This document shows positions 9,711 to 20,555 of a stretch of DNA of 64,000 bases, piece by piece. This stretch comes from Promethearchaeia archaeon (GTDB lineage Archaea > Asgardarchaeota > Lokiarchaeia > Sigyniarchaeales > SOKP01). The position numbers were made by a program, and so were the translations under genes. The notes beneath the pieces were generated by a model. It searched no databases and was not told the DNA's origin. It saw only the letters and a list, made by a program, of their open reading frames with translations. The stretch covers positions 64,001 to 128,000 of the forward strand of contig JAHQWK010000002.1 in NCBI GenBank assembly GCA_029856145.1, given 5' to 3'. The first letter of the stretch is position 1; each line of letters opens with the position of its first letter.

Positions 9711-11468
9711 ATGAGATTCAATAAGTTATCACAGTTATTTTCAGAACTCGAAAGTACTACAAAAAGACTTGAAATGATTGATATATTATCTAAATTTTTT
9801 AAGGCGATCAAAGAAAGTAAAGATTTTGAAGATTTAGATAAAATCATTTATCTTTTACAAGGTCAACTAACCCCAAACATCAAACAATTCCCTAAAATGG
9901 GAATTGCTGAAAAAATGATAATCGAAGCATTATCTATACACTCTGGAGTCGATGCTAAAAGAATAAAGGAAGTCTTAGTAAAAAAAGGGGATATTGGGGC
10001 TGCTGCTGAATTAATTTTATCAAAAAAAAAGAAACAAAAATCATTATTTGATTATAATGAAAATGATGAAAGTCTTGGAACTTCTTTAAGAATTTCTGAA
10101 TTATACTCTGAATTAAAAAAAATTGCATTATCAGAAGGTGCTGGCTCGCACGATACAAAGCTAGGGATATTAAGAGGATTAATGAGAAAAAGTTCTCCAT
10201 TAGAAACGAAGTATTTACTTCGAATCATCACATCAACATTGAGAATAGGGGTTCAATCACCAACTATAATAGAAGGATTAGCTCTTGCTTTCACTGGCTT
10301 AAAAGAAAATAAAGATGTTATTGAAAGAGCATATAACTTATATCCAGATCTGGGTGAGATAGCAAAAATATTAGCAGAAAAAGATTTGGAGGAAGTAAAA
10401 AAGATCGATATTGAGTATGGAACACCTATTCTCAGTATGCTTGCTTCACGAGAGGTTTATACCGATTTCATTAGTAGGTTAGGTTCACCTTTCGTTGCGG
10501 AATACAAATTAGATGGAGAAAGGCTCCAAATTCATAAAACTGGTAATAATATAATCCTCTTTTCAAGACGTCTATTGGATATTTCAGATCAGTATCCTGA
10601 TGTTTGCCAGGTCATTAGAGAAAGTATACAAACCGAAAATGTGATATTTGAAGGTGAGGTTGTAGCAATGGACGCAGTCTACGAAAAGATGCTTCCTTTT
10701 CAAGTTTTAAGCCAGAGAAGACGAAAGTATGACATTGAAGATATAGCTAAGGAAGTTCCAGTATGTTTGTTTGTATTTGATCTCTTAAAATTTGGTAATG
10801 AATCATATGTTGATAAATCTCTTCCAAAACGAAGGAAAAAACTTGAAGAGATTGTTGAAGAGAGAGATGAATTAAGGTTAGTTAAATCTGTATTGATAAA
10901 TTCCATTGAAGAATTACTTGAATTCTTTAACAAAGCTAGAAAAGAAGGAACAGAAGGAATAATGGCAAAATCTTTTAAGGATGACTCAATTTACCAAGCC
11001 GGAAATCGTGGTTATAATTGGCTTAAATTAAAAAGTTTGGAAGGAGGAAAACTAAAAGATACTATCGATGTAGTCCTAGTTGGTGTTTTTTATGGAAAAG
11101 GTCGAAGAACAGGTGTATATGGAACATATATAGGTGCAGTTTATGATCCTAAGAATGATAATTTTATAGCTTTTACTCGTTTCTTTTCAGGATTAACTGA
11201 TGAATTATCTGAATCATTAACAAGGGATATGAAAGAATATAGTGTGGAAAAAAAACCAAAAAATGTCATTTGTGAAGATAAACCTGATGTATGGTTAAAA
11301 CCTGAGGTAGTAATGGAGATAACAGGAGATGAGATAACTATTAGTGATAAATATGCTACACTTGGATATTCTATGAGGTTTCCCGTCTTTCTAAGATTAC
11401 GTCCCGAAAAAAGTTCAAAAGATATCACAACTGTAGAGGAGATTAAAGAATTATATGAGACGCAATAA
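9711..11468 (+). CDS. lig: ATP-dependent DNA ligase (archaeal type)
   Basis: Motif I EYKLDGER, EGEVV, FVFDLL, EGIMAK, WLKLK, RFP. Confidence 0.97.
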   Translation: MRFNKLSQLFSELESTTKRLEMIDILSKFFKAIKESKDFEDLDKIIYLLQGQLTPNIKQFPKMGIAEKMIIEALSIHSGVDAKRIKEVLVKKGDIGAAAELILSKKKKQKSLFDYNENDESLGTSLRISELYSELKKIALSEGAGSHDTKLGILRGLMRKSSPLETKYLLRIITSTLRIGVQSPTIIEGLALAFTGLKENKDVIERAYNLYPDLGEIAKILAEKDLEEVKKIDIEYGTPILSMLASREVYTDFISRLGSPFVAEYKLDGERLQIHKTGNNIILFSRRLLDISDQYPDVCQVIRESIQTENVIFEGEVVAMDAVYEKMLPFQVLSQRRRKYDIEDIAKEVPVCLFVFDLLKFGNESYVDKSLPKRRKKLEEIVEERDELRLVKSVLINSIEELLEFFNKARKEGTEGIMAKSFKDDSIYQAGNRGYNWLKLKSLEGGKLKDTIDVVLVGVFYGKGRRTGVYGTYIGAVYDPKNDNFIAFTRFFSGLTDELSESLTRDMKEYSVEKKPKNVICEDKPDVWLKPEVVMEITGDEITISDKYATLGYSMRFPVFLRLRPEKSSKDITTVEEIKELYETQ

Positions 11469-11476
11469 TTGATAAG

Positions 11477-12979
11477 TTATTTGTAAATTTTTAATCCTTT
11501 ATTTTGTAAATTTTTAAGAGATTCTGGTATTTTTCTAATAAAATTATTGAAGTTTAAATTAAGAACTTTTAATGATGAGAGATTGCCTATTGTGGTAGGA
11601 AGAGATTTTAAATTATTCCCCCATAAATTTAACTCTTCTAATGAAGAAAGAGAGTCTATCCATTCTGGAAGTATTATGAGATTATTCCAGCTCAAATCTA
11701 ATTTTTTAAGAGAATCCAAATTTTTAAATGGTTTTGGTAAGTATGTTAACTTATTATTCCTTAGAATTAATGTTTCTAAAGAATTTAGTACACCAATTTC
11801 ATCAGGAAGAAATTTTATATTATTATCATAAAGATTTAATTCTTCAAGTGAACTTAAATTGCTTAGTAGAGAAAAATCGAGGGTAATATTATTCCCTCCT
11901 AAACCTAAAGTCTTTAAAGATTGAAGATTATTAATCGAATCTGGAAGTAGCTTTAATTTATTTAAACCTAATTCTAATTTATTTAACGATTTAAATCCTT
12001 CCATTGATTCTGGTAAATTATTTAACTTATTTCCATGTAGATCCAGAATTTCTAATGAATTCAAATTAGAAATTTCATCTGGAAGAGATTTAATATTATT
12101 GTGTCTTAAATCTAGAGTCTTTAATTTCTTTAATTTTCCAATAGCGCTTGGAATTTCATTAATGTCATTGTATTTCAAATATAAGTATTCTAATGAATTT
12201 AAAGAACCAAAGGATTCAGGTAATCTCCTAAGATTATTATTACTTAGATCTAAATAAGTGAGATAATTAAGACTACCAATTGTTTTAGGTAATTTCGCGA
12301 TTCTATTGATTTTTAAATCTAATTTCTTAATATATTTAAGAGTTGTAATGAATTCAGGTAACTTTCTTAAAATTTTCCATCCAAATACATGAGTACTGAT
12401 TCCTGATAAGTCTAATGACGTTACTAACCCATCATTTAAGCTGTAACTAATATCATTGAATTCCTTTTTAAAATATTTTATTAGGATATAGTTGCTTAGG
12501 ATTTCTGAAAGTCGCTTATGTGTGAAATTATATATTTTCCCAGTATTAAATGTATTTTGTAGACTTTTATTAAATTGATAAATATCATTGTTTTTTATTT
12601 TATCAATTAAAAATGATTTAGCTTTGTCGTTATTTACTATACCTAGTGTAGAGACAATAGATATCAGACAATTTATGGAGGATTCATGTTGGAATGCCCA
12701 TTTCATTGGCTTTAATGCTTTTTCAATAAAATTTTGTCTGATAGCTTTTATTGCTGTATTTCTAACTTCTTCATGAGAATCAGATATTAAAAGATTTTCA
12801 AACAGATTAAAAACTTGTTCTTCTTTTGAACCAATTTTTACTAATATTTCAATACTTTCAATTCTTAAATTCGGATCATCGAAATTATTAATTAAGGCAA
12901 ATAATTGATTTATAGCAGATTGTTTTTCCAAATTTCCGTCTTTAAATTCTTTATAAATTAATCGGGGAGATATTTTCAT
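11477..12979 (-). CDS. HEAT-like plus LRR protein
   Basis: About 12 23-aa LPxxIGxLxxLxxLDLxxNxL repeats; N-terminus paralogous to 4938 and 12976. Confidence 0.92.
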   Translation of the reverse strand: MKISPRLIYKEFKDGNLEKQSAINQLFALINNFDDPNLRIESIEILVKIGSKEEQVFNLFENLLISDSHEEVRNTAIKAIRQNFIEKALKPMKWAFQHESSINCLISIVSTLGIVNNDKAKSFLIDKIKNNDIYQFNKSLQNTFNTGKIYNFTHKRLSEILSNYILIKYFKKEFNDISYSLNDGLVTSLDLSGISTHVFGWKILRKLPEFITTLKYIKKLDLKINRIAKLPKTIGSLNYLTYLDLSNNNLRRLPESFGSLNSLEYLYLKYNDINEIPSAIGKLKKLKTLDLRHNNIKSLPDEISNLNSLEILDLHGNKLNNLPESMEGFKSLNKLELGLNKLKLLPDSINNLQSLKTLGLGGNNITLDFSLLSNLSSLEELNLYDNNIKFLPDEIGVLNSLETLILRNNKLTYLPKPFKNLDSLKKLDLSWNNLIILPEWIDSLSSLEELNLWGNNLKSLPTTIGNLSSLKVLNLNFNNFIRKIPESLKNLQNKGLKIYK

Positions 12980-14469
12980 GAAAATTTAATAATTAGATCT
13001 GTTTTTCTTTCAAATTCTTTTAAAAATGATGGTAATTGTTCAAATCGGTTGAAACTTAGATCTAAGATTCTTAGATTAGATAATGACCTAATAGATTTAG
13101 GGAGTGATTCAAGTTGATTTCCCCATAGATTTAATTCTTCTAATAATGAAAGTTGACCAATCCATTCTGGAAGAAAAGAGAAGTTATTCCAGCTTAAATT
13201 AAGTTTTTTAAGATTTTTTAAATATTTTAAGGATTCTGGTAATTGGGATAAATGATTATTTCTTAAAACTAATATTTCTAATGAAGTTAGATTGCCTATT
13301 GAACTAGGTAATTTATTGATTTTGTTATCATATAAATCTAATACTTTTAATGGTTGAAATAAAGAAATCCATTTAGGAATTTTCTTTAATTTATTTCCAC
13401 TTACACCTAATCTTTCTAATAAAGTAAGAGATTTTATATTCGATGGAATTTCTAAAAAATTATTCCACCCTAATTCTAATTCTATAATCGAATTATTCAG
13501 TTTAAATTCAATTGAATTCAATTTATTTCCATGTAGATTTAAACTCTTAAGGTTCTTAAGTGACATTATCGATTTGGGGATTCGGGTCAACATGTTATTT
13601 CTTAAGTTCAAAGTTTGGAGTGATACTAGGTTACTTAGAGACTCAGGAAGATGTCTTAACCTATTAGATTTTAAGCTTAAACTTTTTAACGATTTTAATT
13701 TGTTAATAGATTCTGGAATAGTAATTAGCTTATTATAACTTAAATCTAAAGATATTATTGTATCTGATTCATTTGAGATTTCTGAAAGTTTTATTAGATT
13801 ATTAAATCTTAAATCAAGTTCTTCTAAATGTTTTAGATAGGATATTAAATCTAGAAAGTTTGATATGAAAATTCCCTGTGGATCAACATTTGTTAAATCT
13901 AATTTTGTTATATAACCTAAATTATTAAATTTATAATTAACAAATCCAAACTTAGCTTTTAAGGATTTGATGAAATAATAGTTTATTAATATATCCGCAA
14001 GAACTTGAATATTAAGACCTTCGATTTTGTTATTTCTGAAGATATCTTTTAAATTATATTTATTTTCTTGGTTATAAAAATAATTTAATTTTTCAACTAA
14101 AATTAATTTAGATTTCATATTATTAATCTTAGATAATGTTGAAATTATAGTAACAAGACAGATTATTGTTTTTTCATGTTCAAGAGCCCATTTCATCGGT
14201 TTTAATGCTCTTTCTAAAAAGAATTTTTGTATTAGAGATGCTGCCATATTCCTTATAACTTCACTAGAATCAGAGATTAAAAGATTCTCTAAAAGTTTAA
14301 ATATTTTATCATCCTTAGCCTGAATTTGTTCTAAAATCTTAATACTTTCTAATCTTGTATAAACATTATCAGTATTTTCAATTAGAGTAATTAATAATTC
14401 AAGAGCGGAGTCATAATCCAAATATTTTTTCTTTAAATCCTGATAAATTGAATTTGGAGTTAAGGGCAT
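12976..14469 (-). CDS. HEAT-like plus LRR protein (tandem paralog)
   Basis: Same architecture; near-identical LNLSWNN..LPEWI..LEELNLWGN block; ATGA overlap with the downstream paralog. Confidence 0.92.
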   Translation of the reverse strand: MPLTPNSIYQDLKKKYLDYDSALELLITLIENTDNVYTRLESIKILEQIQAKDDKIFKLLENLLISDSSEVIRNMAASLIQKFFLERALKPMKWALEHEKTIICLVTIISTLSKINNMKSKLILVEKLNYFYNQENKYNLKDIFRNNKIEGLNIQVLADILINYYFIKSLKAKFGFVNYKFNNLGYITKLDLTNVDPQGIFISNFLDLISYLKHLEELDLRFNNLIKLSEISNESDTIISLDLSYNKLITIPESINKLKSLKSLSLKSNRLRHLPESLSNLVSLQTLNLRNNMLTRIPKSIMSLKNLKSLNLHGNKLNSIEFKLNNSIIELELGWNNFLEIPSNIKSLTLLERLGVSGNKLKKIPKWISLFQPLKVLDLYDNKINKLPSSIGNLTSLEILVLRNNHLSQLPESLKYLKNLKKLNLSWNNFSFLPEWIGQLSLLEELNLWGNQLESLPKSIRSLSNLRILDLSFNRFEQLPSFLKEFERKTDLIIKFS

Positions 14470-14501
14470 AAATTAAATTTTTATATTAAATATTTTATTT
14501 C

Positions 14502-16046
14502 TTAAACTCTTTCAATTACCATTCCACCTAATCGAATAGGTCCGCCAGTAGCATTATAAATTTTTTCTGCTTTTCTTAATTTGGATTCACTATGGGAATA
14601 AATTCTAAATATAAGTTCCCCGTCTTTTATTTTTGCGCCTTGTTTTTTAATTATTTCCACACCAGAAGTTTTAGAGCTAGGGCATCCGGCTGTTTTTGCT
14701 ATTTGATTGATTATTGAGTTATTTACATCAACTATATATCCTTCTTTAGAACTAAAAAATTCCTTAATATTAGGACCTACTTTAACATCTTCTGGCGTAA
14801 TTTCTGGATCCCCGCCTTGAGCTGCAATTATTTTTTTCATCTTTTCATAAGCTTTACCAGATTGTAATATTTCTTTCGCCATAGTTTGACCCATACCTTT
14901 TTGAGCTTTACCGCTCATTTCAAGAAGCATACCTGCTAAATCGGTAGACTTTTCTATTAAAGAATTGGGTCCAGCAGAATAATCACGTAATAATATAAGT
15001 GCTTCTTTAGCTTCTAAAGCAGGACCTACAGCATGACCAATGGGCTGGTGAGCTAGTGTGAGTGCGCATTCTGTTTCAATTCCTACATTTGCAGCAATTT
15101 CTTTAAATAAATACGCAAACTGCCTTCCTTTAACAGGTGTTGCAAACTTTGTTCCTTCACCTACCGGTATATCAAGTACAAGTTTTTTAACCCCTAATGA
15201 AAGCTTTTTTGTTAGAATAGAAGGTATCATAAGGCCAACTGGATCCATATGCAAAGGACGCTCAATTTCTATTAATATATTATCTGCTGGTGCTGTTTCA
15301 AGTGCTCCGCCCCATATAATACACGCATTTTCTTCTGTTACAATTTTATTTAATTCTTCTGGAGTAAAAGCAACAGGAGCTAGTACTTCCATGGAATCTG
15401 CCGTACCGGAGGGTGATGTAATAGCTCTTGTTGAGGATTTTGGAATAGTTAGACCCGCAGCAGCAACAATTGGCACAATGATTAGAGAAACTTTATTTCC
15501 TGGAACTCCACCTGTGCTGTGCTTATCATAAACATCCATTCCAAAATAAAAAATCTCTCCGCTCCTAGTTTCTGATAGTGCTAAAGCTGTCATTTCTTCA
15601 TTATCCATCCCATTAATAGACACGCCTGTTATGAATGCTGCCAATTCTATTCGCGATAGGGATCCAGAAACCACATCTGAGATAATTCCATTTATTTCTT
15701 CACTAGATAATTTTAGCCCTTTTATTTTTTTTTTGATATATTTAAACGAATCGGGTGGATCAGCCGGTTTTACTGAAACTATTGTCTCGTTTTTTAATTC
15801 ATTTTTTTCTCTTAAGAGATTACGAAACACTCCAATTTCACCCGATTCAACAATAGTACCTAAGTAATCAATTTGAATTATTGCCACCCAATATTTTTCT
15901 TCAATTGATTTTGACTTTATATTCTTTACGAAGACACGTTCTCCTGCTTTTTGTCCTAATTCTTGAGCGTCACTGATATTTAACACAATGTCCTTAGCAT
16001 TTCCCGTTTCAAAATTGATTTCTTTAACTTTTAATTTCATTTTCAA
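14502..16046 (-). CDS. deoA: AMP phosphorylase (archaeal thymidine phosphorylase family)
   Basis: DKHSTGGVPGNK, KSSTRAITSPSGTAD, QPIGHAVGPALEA; N-terminal extension typical of AMP phosphorylases. Confidence 0.93.
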   Translation of the reverse strand: MKMKLKVKEINFETGNAKDIVLNISDAQELGQKAGERVFVKNIKSKSIEEKYWVAIIQIDYLGTIVESGEIGVFRNLLREKNELKNETIVSVKPADPPDSFKYIKKKIKGLKLSSEEINGIISDVVSGSLSRIELAAFITGVSINGMDNEEMTALALSETRSGEIFYFGMDVYDKHSTGGVPGNKVSLIIVPIVAAAGLTIPKSSTRAITSPSGTADSMEVLAPVAFTPEELNKIVTEENACIIWGGALETAPADNILIEIERPLHMDPVGLMIPSILTKKLSLGVKKLVLDIPVGEGTKFATPVKGRQFAYLFKEIAANVGIETECALTLAHQPIGHAVGPALEAKEALILLRDYSAGPNSLIEKSTDLAGMLLEMSGKAQKGMGQTMAKEILQSGKAYEKMKKIIAAQGGDPEITPEDVKVGPNIKEFFSSKEGYIVDVNNSIINQIAKTAGCPSSKTSGVEIIKKQGAKIKDGELIFRIYSHSESKLRKAEKIYNATGGPIRLGGMVIERV

Positions 16047-16122
16047 TTCTCTATTATTTGATTATAATATAAATTAGAAGATTAGTACAAAAAAATTTAT
16101 TCATAAGTTTAGAATCTGTTTT

Positions 16123-16320
16123 TTAATCTTTATTTAACTCTACAAGCTCATCATTTCTTAAATAAACTTTAATTGTAGAAAGTTTCTTTCGATTCTTAAA
16201 ACATGCAGGACAAAATATGGGATCACCTGTTTAATCAGAATTAATTCTAATTTTATCTGTTGGAGAAATCCATTTCTCAAGTAGAATATAATCACATCTA
16301 TCACAAACAATAACATCAAA
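16123..16320 (-). pseudogene. Zn-finger gene remnant
   Basis: FDVIVCDRCDY...NSD*TGDPIFCPACFKN...NKD*: two CxxC motifs in one frame, internal TAA at 16231-16233, no start codon. Confidence 0.55.
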
Positions 16321-16321
16321 G

Positions 16322-16642
16322 CTAAAATTTCTCTTTTACAAGATAGGAACCTATGATAACTATAGAATTTAATCGTAGAGATTCATTGTTAGAAGTTAGC
16401 CATCCTTTACATTTCTTAATGATTTTATGGGGAAGCAATGAGCTATCATGTTCAGCGATAATACTAAAGATATAACATACTGGAACACGAAATTTCATAT
16501 CACTTCCATAACCAAGTAATTTCTCCAATATTTTTGGAATTTTCTTAAACTGAGAAGTTTCCCAGAGGGAATCTAAATCTACTACAAGAGGATATATTTC
16601 CTCGAATTTTTTAAACTCTTGAGCTTGAAACATATTCTTCAA
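16322..16642 (-). pseudogene. Truncated HEAT-repeat protein (N-terminal fragment)
   Basis: Ends abruptly just after a HEAT-like helix (NESLRLNSIVIIG) and abuts an unrelated remnant. Confidence 0.45.
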
Positions 16643-16648
16643 TTCCCA

Positions 16649-17539
16649 TTATTTATATTGTCTTTTAATTCTAAACTCCCTTTCAAGTTTCTGAAGTCGT
16701 TTTATATCATTATGGATCTGTATTATCGGGTCTTTGGAATAAGTACGCGGATTTTTTGAATCGAATCTCTTAATAAAATGTCTTAACTTTTTCTTCTCTC
16801 TTCTTAACGGTATACTCATCTTAGTTCTATTATAATAATGGCGATAAAGGGCTCCTGTTAGAAGAGTCGTAAAAATGATCAAAAGGAAATACGGGAAAAA
16901 CTGAAAGGGGTTATATTGGAGTATATCTAAGAAAGTAAATGAAGGCCAAAATACCTGAGATAATTTGATAACAAAAAAATCTGCTATTGCAATTAACACT
17001 AACATGGGTATATACTTCTTAGGCAAAAGTCTTATTGGAAAATGATATCTATCTGGAGCTAAAGACTCTTCTACTGTGGGCGTTTTGTAAGTACCTTCTC
17101 CTGCTTGAATGGGAGTTAAAGTCTCCTCCTTAACTGCTGAAACCTCTTCTACTTCTATTATATGTTCTGAATGGAGAATATCAATGAAATCTAAAAATGT
17201 TCTATGTTGGTCAATATCTGATTTAAAATGCCTAAATTTCTTTTTGAACTTACTCTCAAGGGAATCAATATCACTTATAATTTCGAACCGTTCATGAAAT
17301 TGATGTTTTAAATCTGTCTTTATGTCATAAATATTATCTGTAGAGTCTGGTGAATCTACTAATTTAGAGGTATCATCTATAAATTTGTCTATATTAAGCC
17401 AATATTTATAATATCCTCCATCTACCAGACATAATTGAAGGATTTCTTCAAATTCAATATCTAATAGTTCGGAAATCTTCTGAAGTCGTTCAAATAACGG
17501 ATCTGAAATAATAGTTTCTATTTTTGCCATTACCATCAA
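16649..17539 (-). CDS. Hypothetical membrane protein (2 TM)
   Basis: Acidic N-terminus, two hydrophobic helices, basic C-terminus. Confidence 0.7.
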   Translation of the reverse strand: MMVMAKIETIISDPLFERLQKISELLDIEFEEILQLCLVDGGYYKYWLNIDKFIDDTSKLVDSPDSTDNIYDIKTDLKHQFHERFEIISDIDSLESKFKKKFRHFKSDIDQHRTFLDFIDILHSEHIIEVEEVSAVKEETLTPIQAGEGTYKTPTVEESLAPDRYHFPIRLLPKKYIPMLVLIAIADFFVIKLSQVFWPSFTFLDILQYNPFQFFPYFLLIIFTTLLTGALYRHYYNRTKMSIPLRREKKKLRHFIKRFDSKNPRTYSKDPIIQIHNDIKRLQKLEREFRIKRQYK

Positions 17540-17588
17540 TTTTGTCTTCTAGTTATAGGATATATAATAAAAAATCAAGTAAAAATAA

Positions 17589-19022
17589 TTATGTGTTTTT
17601 CTCAATTTGATCATCTAACTTAACAACTTTAAATAATCTTACACAATGACTAAATGTGGTATGATTAACATTAATATTTAGTACGTCCTTCATTAACTGA
17701 CTAATGTCATTTTGGGATAAGTCTGGGTTTGTTAGCGTTATGCAGGTGGCAACAATTATAGGTTCTCGTGTCCGAAATCCAATCTCGTTCGCCATCTCAC
17801 ATATTTTCTCAATGCTATCGCCAATAGTTTTAGGCTTGGAGGCAATACGAAATAATTTATGGTTAAGGTTTAAAGATTTGATGTGATACCTTAGTATTCG
17901 AAAGATTTCCTTAGCATAATGGGAATCTAAATAGGGAAATTTACTGGCATATTGGGTAAAGGTTCCTTTATGACTTATTTTCTGGAATAAACAACTCAAA
18001 GAAGAACTCCCTGAAACATCTATTAGTCTCGAAATATCGACTAGTGAGGCTCTGGGGCAAGCGAAAGCAATAGATACTCCAACAATTCTTTTATGATCTC
18101 GTTTAATATTTCTTCGCTTCAATAATTTAATAAAGTAATTAATGTTCTTTCTAATGGTTTTTATATTCCTATGAATGAGAAATTCTGCTCTTGATAGTAG
18201 ATTATAGTTACTCTGTTTCTTAGTTATCCTTTCAATTATAATATTCAGCAATAGATGGGATCGCTCATTTAAATTTTTTGTCCATAGAGAAGATCTCTCA
18301 ATTAAAGGGGCAATAAGAGAAGTACTAGGGCAAGGCACTGGCTGAAATGTCATCAACGACACTAATTTTTTTCTTAATAAATATGCTGAATTAATGGGGG
18401 ATTGGAAATTGGGAATGTCTAATTTTGGGATAATATACTTATTTATTTTATTCGAAACTGAACCACTCGAAACGCAGATCCTTTCACAAATTTGGGCCAT
18501 ATTGATTGAAGTAATCCCTGAAACAATCAATGTTAAGACTAGAATAACGCCCGCACTAAGTTCTTCTGAGGTAAATTGGAGTAAGGGATAAAAATGGTTA
18601 TAGAGCAATTTAGCGTTATCAGTAAAATGGTGGTGCAAGTCAAAATAGCTTACAACATCCTCTATAATTGCAAAAACTAACCTAGAATTATCACGATTTT
18701 TAAAATCAAGATACAAAGGAATTAAATTTTTCATGTCTTTTACAAGTTGACTATAAGTTAAATCAAGATTCTGGGAGAATATATGCCTATTAACCACTAC
18801 AGCATTTACTTTTAAAAACATATAGAGAATAGGGGGAAACGCAAGATCTATATTGCGATATTTAGTATATCTCCTTATTTTCGAGTGTACTGTATTAAAT
18901 ACTGATATAAACTCTTCAAATAAATGACTGTATTGAATTTGGTCTATGTCGGTTAGAGTCTGGATAAATTGTTGCCTGAGTACATTATAATTATTCTTGT
19001 TAATTTGAATAGATTGAGTCAT
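17589..19022 (-). CDS. Divergent TFB/TFIIB-like protein with about four cyclin-fold repeats and no Zn ribbon
   Basis: Repeated TFB-core-like helices, e.g. ELSAGVILVLTL..INMAQICERICVSSGSVSNK and EPIIVATCITL..LSQNDISQLM. Start moved to ATG 19022 because of an upstream AGGTGA and a promoter 29 nt upstream. Confidence 0.55.
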   Translation of the reverse strand: MTQSIQINKNNYNVLRQQFIQTLTDIDQIQYSHLFEEFISVFNTVHSKIRRYTKYRNIDLAFPPILYMFLKVNAVVVNRHIFSQNLDLTYSQLVKDMKNLIPLYLDFKNRDNSRLVFAIIEDVVSYFDLHHHFTDNAKLLYNHFYPLLQFTSEELSAGVILVLTLIVSGITSINMAQICERICVSSGSVSNKINKYIIPKLDIPNFQSPINSAYLLRKKLVSLMTFQPVPCPSTSLIAPLIERSSLWTKNLNERSHLLLNIIIERITKKQSNYNLLSRAEFLIHRNIKTIRKNINYFIKLLKRRNIKRDHKRIVGVSIAFACPRASLVDISRLIDVSGSSSLSCLFQKISHKGTFTQYASKFPYLDSHYAKEIFRILRYHIKSLNLNHKLFRIASKPKTIGDSIEKICEMANEIGFRTREPIIVATCITLTNPDLSQNDISQLMKDVLNINVNHTTFSHCVRLFKVVKLDDQIEKNT

Positions 19023-19043
19023 GCAAGATGAATCACCTATTCC

Positions 19044-19060
19044 TTTATAAAGAAAAAATT
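19044..19060 (-). promoter_or_regulatory. T-run/TATA promoter (AATTTTTTC TTTATAAA)
   Basis: First T of the TATA box is 29 nt before ATG 19022; no co-oriented upstream gene. Confidence 0.65.
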
Positions 19061-19224
19061 GGAAAAAAAATGAAAGAATAATCTGGAAATTATTTTGGTA
19101 TCTGAAGAAACCCAAAATTTTACTATTCTGGATTAAAATTAGCTTAAATAAAGGCTTAAATATAATTGGAAATATATCTTCATAACAAGAGATAAATAAT
19201 CAATTCTAAATTAGAGATAAAAAT

Positions 19225-20052
19225 ATGGAGAGTAGTGCCATTACTACTAAATGTGTGAGATGTGAGTCAGAAGAAAACATAGAAAATTATCTTCATACCA
19301 CACCTGATTTAGCGAGTTTTAGACGTATCTCAAGACATGTTACCAGGTATACTACTTACAAAGGAACGGGAGGAACTGGATATGTACCGGTCTGTTCTCG
19401 GTGTATTAAAAAGTTTTCTAATTGGAAAATATATAATAATATTAATCTTGGTTTAACTGGAGTTATCTGGTTATTTTTTAGTCTTATGTTGGTCTTATTA
19501 ATGATAGCGGGCCCAACTTCATATATCCCAGGTTTAAAAGATATACCCTTTGAGATCATTATAACTGGATTTGGAGTCTCTCTGACTCTGGTTATAATTA
19601 GTGTAATAATTTCTTTTTATCTTAATATTGTCTCAAAATCTAATCCAAAGAATATTATTAATATCAGACGAAGGACGATTCGAGTTAAACCTATTGGAGG
19701 CTCTAAATGGATTCCTATACAAGAGTGGATTCCTGAACGCCCTCAGGATTTTCAGACGCAAGGTTCCTTAAATTTAACGAAAATGACAAGTCTAGAAGAC
19801 CATGTTATAGAATCTAAAGAAAGAGAATATGGAGAACATTGTGAAAACGCATTATATGATTACTTGGAGAGTAATCGAGGGACTGCGTATACCGTTAAAG
19901 CATTGGAAAAAAAATTGAAGGATTTTATTGTAGATCCAAAAGAAAGAGAATATGGTAAAGAAAATCTTGAAAACGTCTTAAATAAAATGAGAGGAGTAGG
20001 GAAAATACATTCTATTAAAAAAAATGAGGAAACACACTATTTCTTCCCATGA
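19225..20052 (+). CDS. Hypothetical membrane protein (N-terminal Zn finger, 2 TM, C-terminal winged-helix-like domain)
   Basis: CVRC..CSRC, two hydrophobic helices, C-terminal LYDYL..YTVKAL..L..GKI..YF pattern. Confidence 0.7.
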   Translation: MESSAITTKCVRCESEENIENYLHTTPDLASFRRISRHVTRYTTYKGTGGTGYVPVCSRCIKKFSNWKIYNNINLGLTGVIWLFFSLMLVLLMIAGPTSYIPGLKDIPFEIIITGFGVSLTLVIISVIISFYLNIVSKSNPKNIINIRRRTIRVKPIGGSKWIPIQEWIPERPQDFQTQGSLNLTKMTSLEDHVIESKEREYGEHCENALYDYLESNRGTAYTVKALEKKLKDFIVDPKEREYGKENLENVLNKMRGVGKIHSIKKNEETHYFFP

Positions 20053-20076
20053 ATTTCGAAATCAATCTCTTTTTTC

Positions 20077-20093
20077 AATTTTTTGTTTATATA
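20077..20093 (+). promoter_or_regulatory. T-run/TATA promoter (AATTTTTTG TTTATATA)
   Basis: 29 nt before GTG 20115. Confidence 0.6.
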
Positions 20094-20114
20094 GATCTAA
20101 TGATCTAGAAATTC

Positions 20115-20555
20115 GTGTCTATTCAAGGAAGAAATATCGATCATCCGGAGGCAGAGTATAAGAAATTTTTACCCTTAGTTCATACCAAAGAGGGTACCTA
20201 TATCTTTCATCCTGGATTCATATATCAATCTTTACTAAAAGAGACAAGCATATCTAAAAGCGATGCTCAAAAAATAACAGAGCAAGTGGTTCGATTCTTA
20301 ATATCGGCAAACTTGAAGCTGATAACTGCCCCTCTTATTCGAGAAGTAGTAAACGTTCATTTGCTTAAAAATGGATTCGAGACAGAACGATTACTGTATA
20401 CAAGGATCGGACTACCGTTCTATGATTTGAGAGAGATATTAAATAATACTAATGATAATGAGGATGTTATACCTGATCTTATGAATTGGATAATTACAGA
20501 ATACCATGCGGTAAATAAATTAATTCAAGAAAAACATCGAGAGGAGGAGAAATGA
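20115..20555 (+). CDS. Stand-alone ATP-cone domain protein (NrdD N-terminus-like)
   Basis: F..IYQSLLKET.IS..DA.KITEQV..LITAPLIREVVNVHLL..G....RLLYTRIGLP.YD matches the archaeal NrdD N-terminal ATP-cone region. Confidence 0.8.
   Translation: MSIQGRNIDHPEAEYKKFLPLVHTKEGTYIFHPGFIYQSLLKETSISKSDAQKITEQVVRFLISANLKLITAPLIREVVNVHLLKNGFETERLLYTRIGLPFYDLREILNNTNDNEDVIPDLMNWIITEYHAVNKLIQEKHREEEK

Noticed and set aside
15058-15531. Long antisense ORFs (also 43638..44153, 38433..38873, 29292..29609 and similar)
   Set aside because: Shadows of well-supported genes on the opposite strand.
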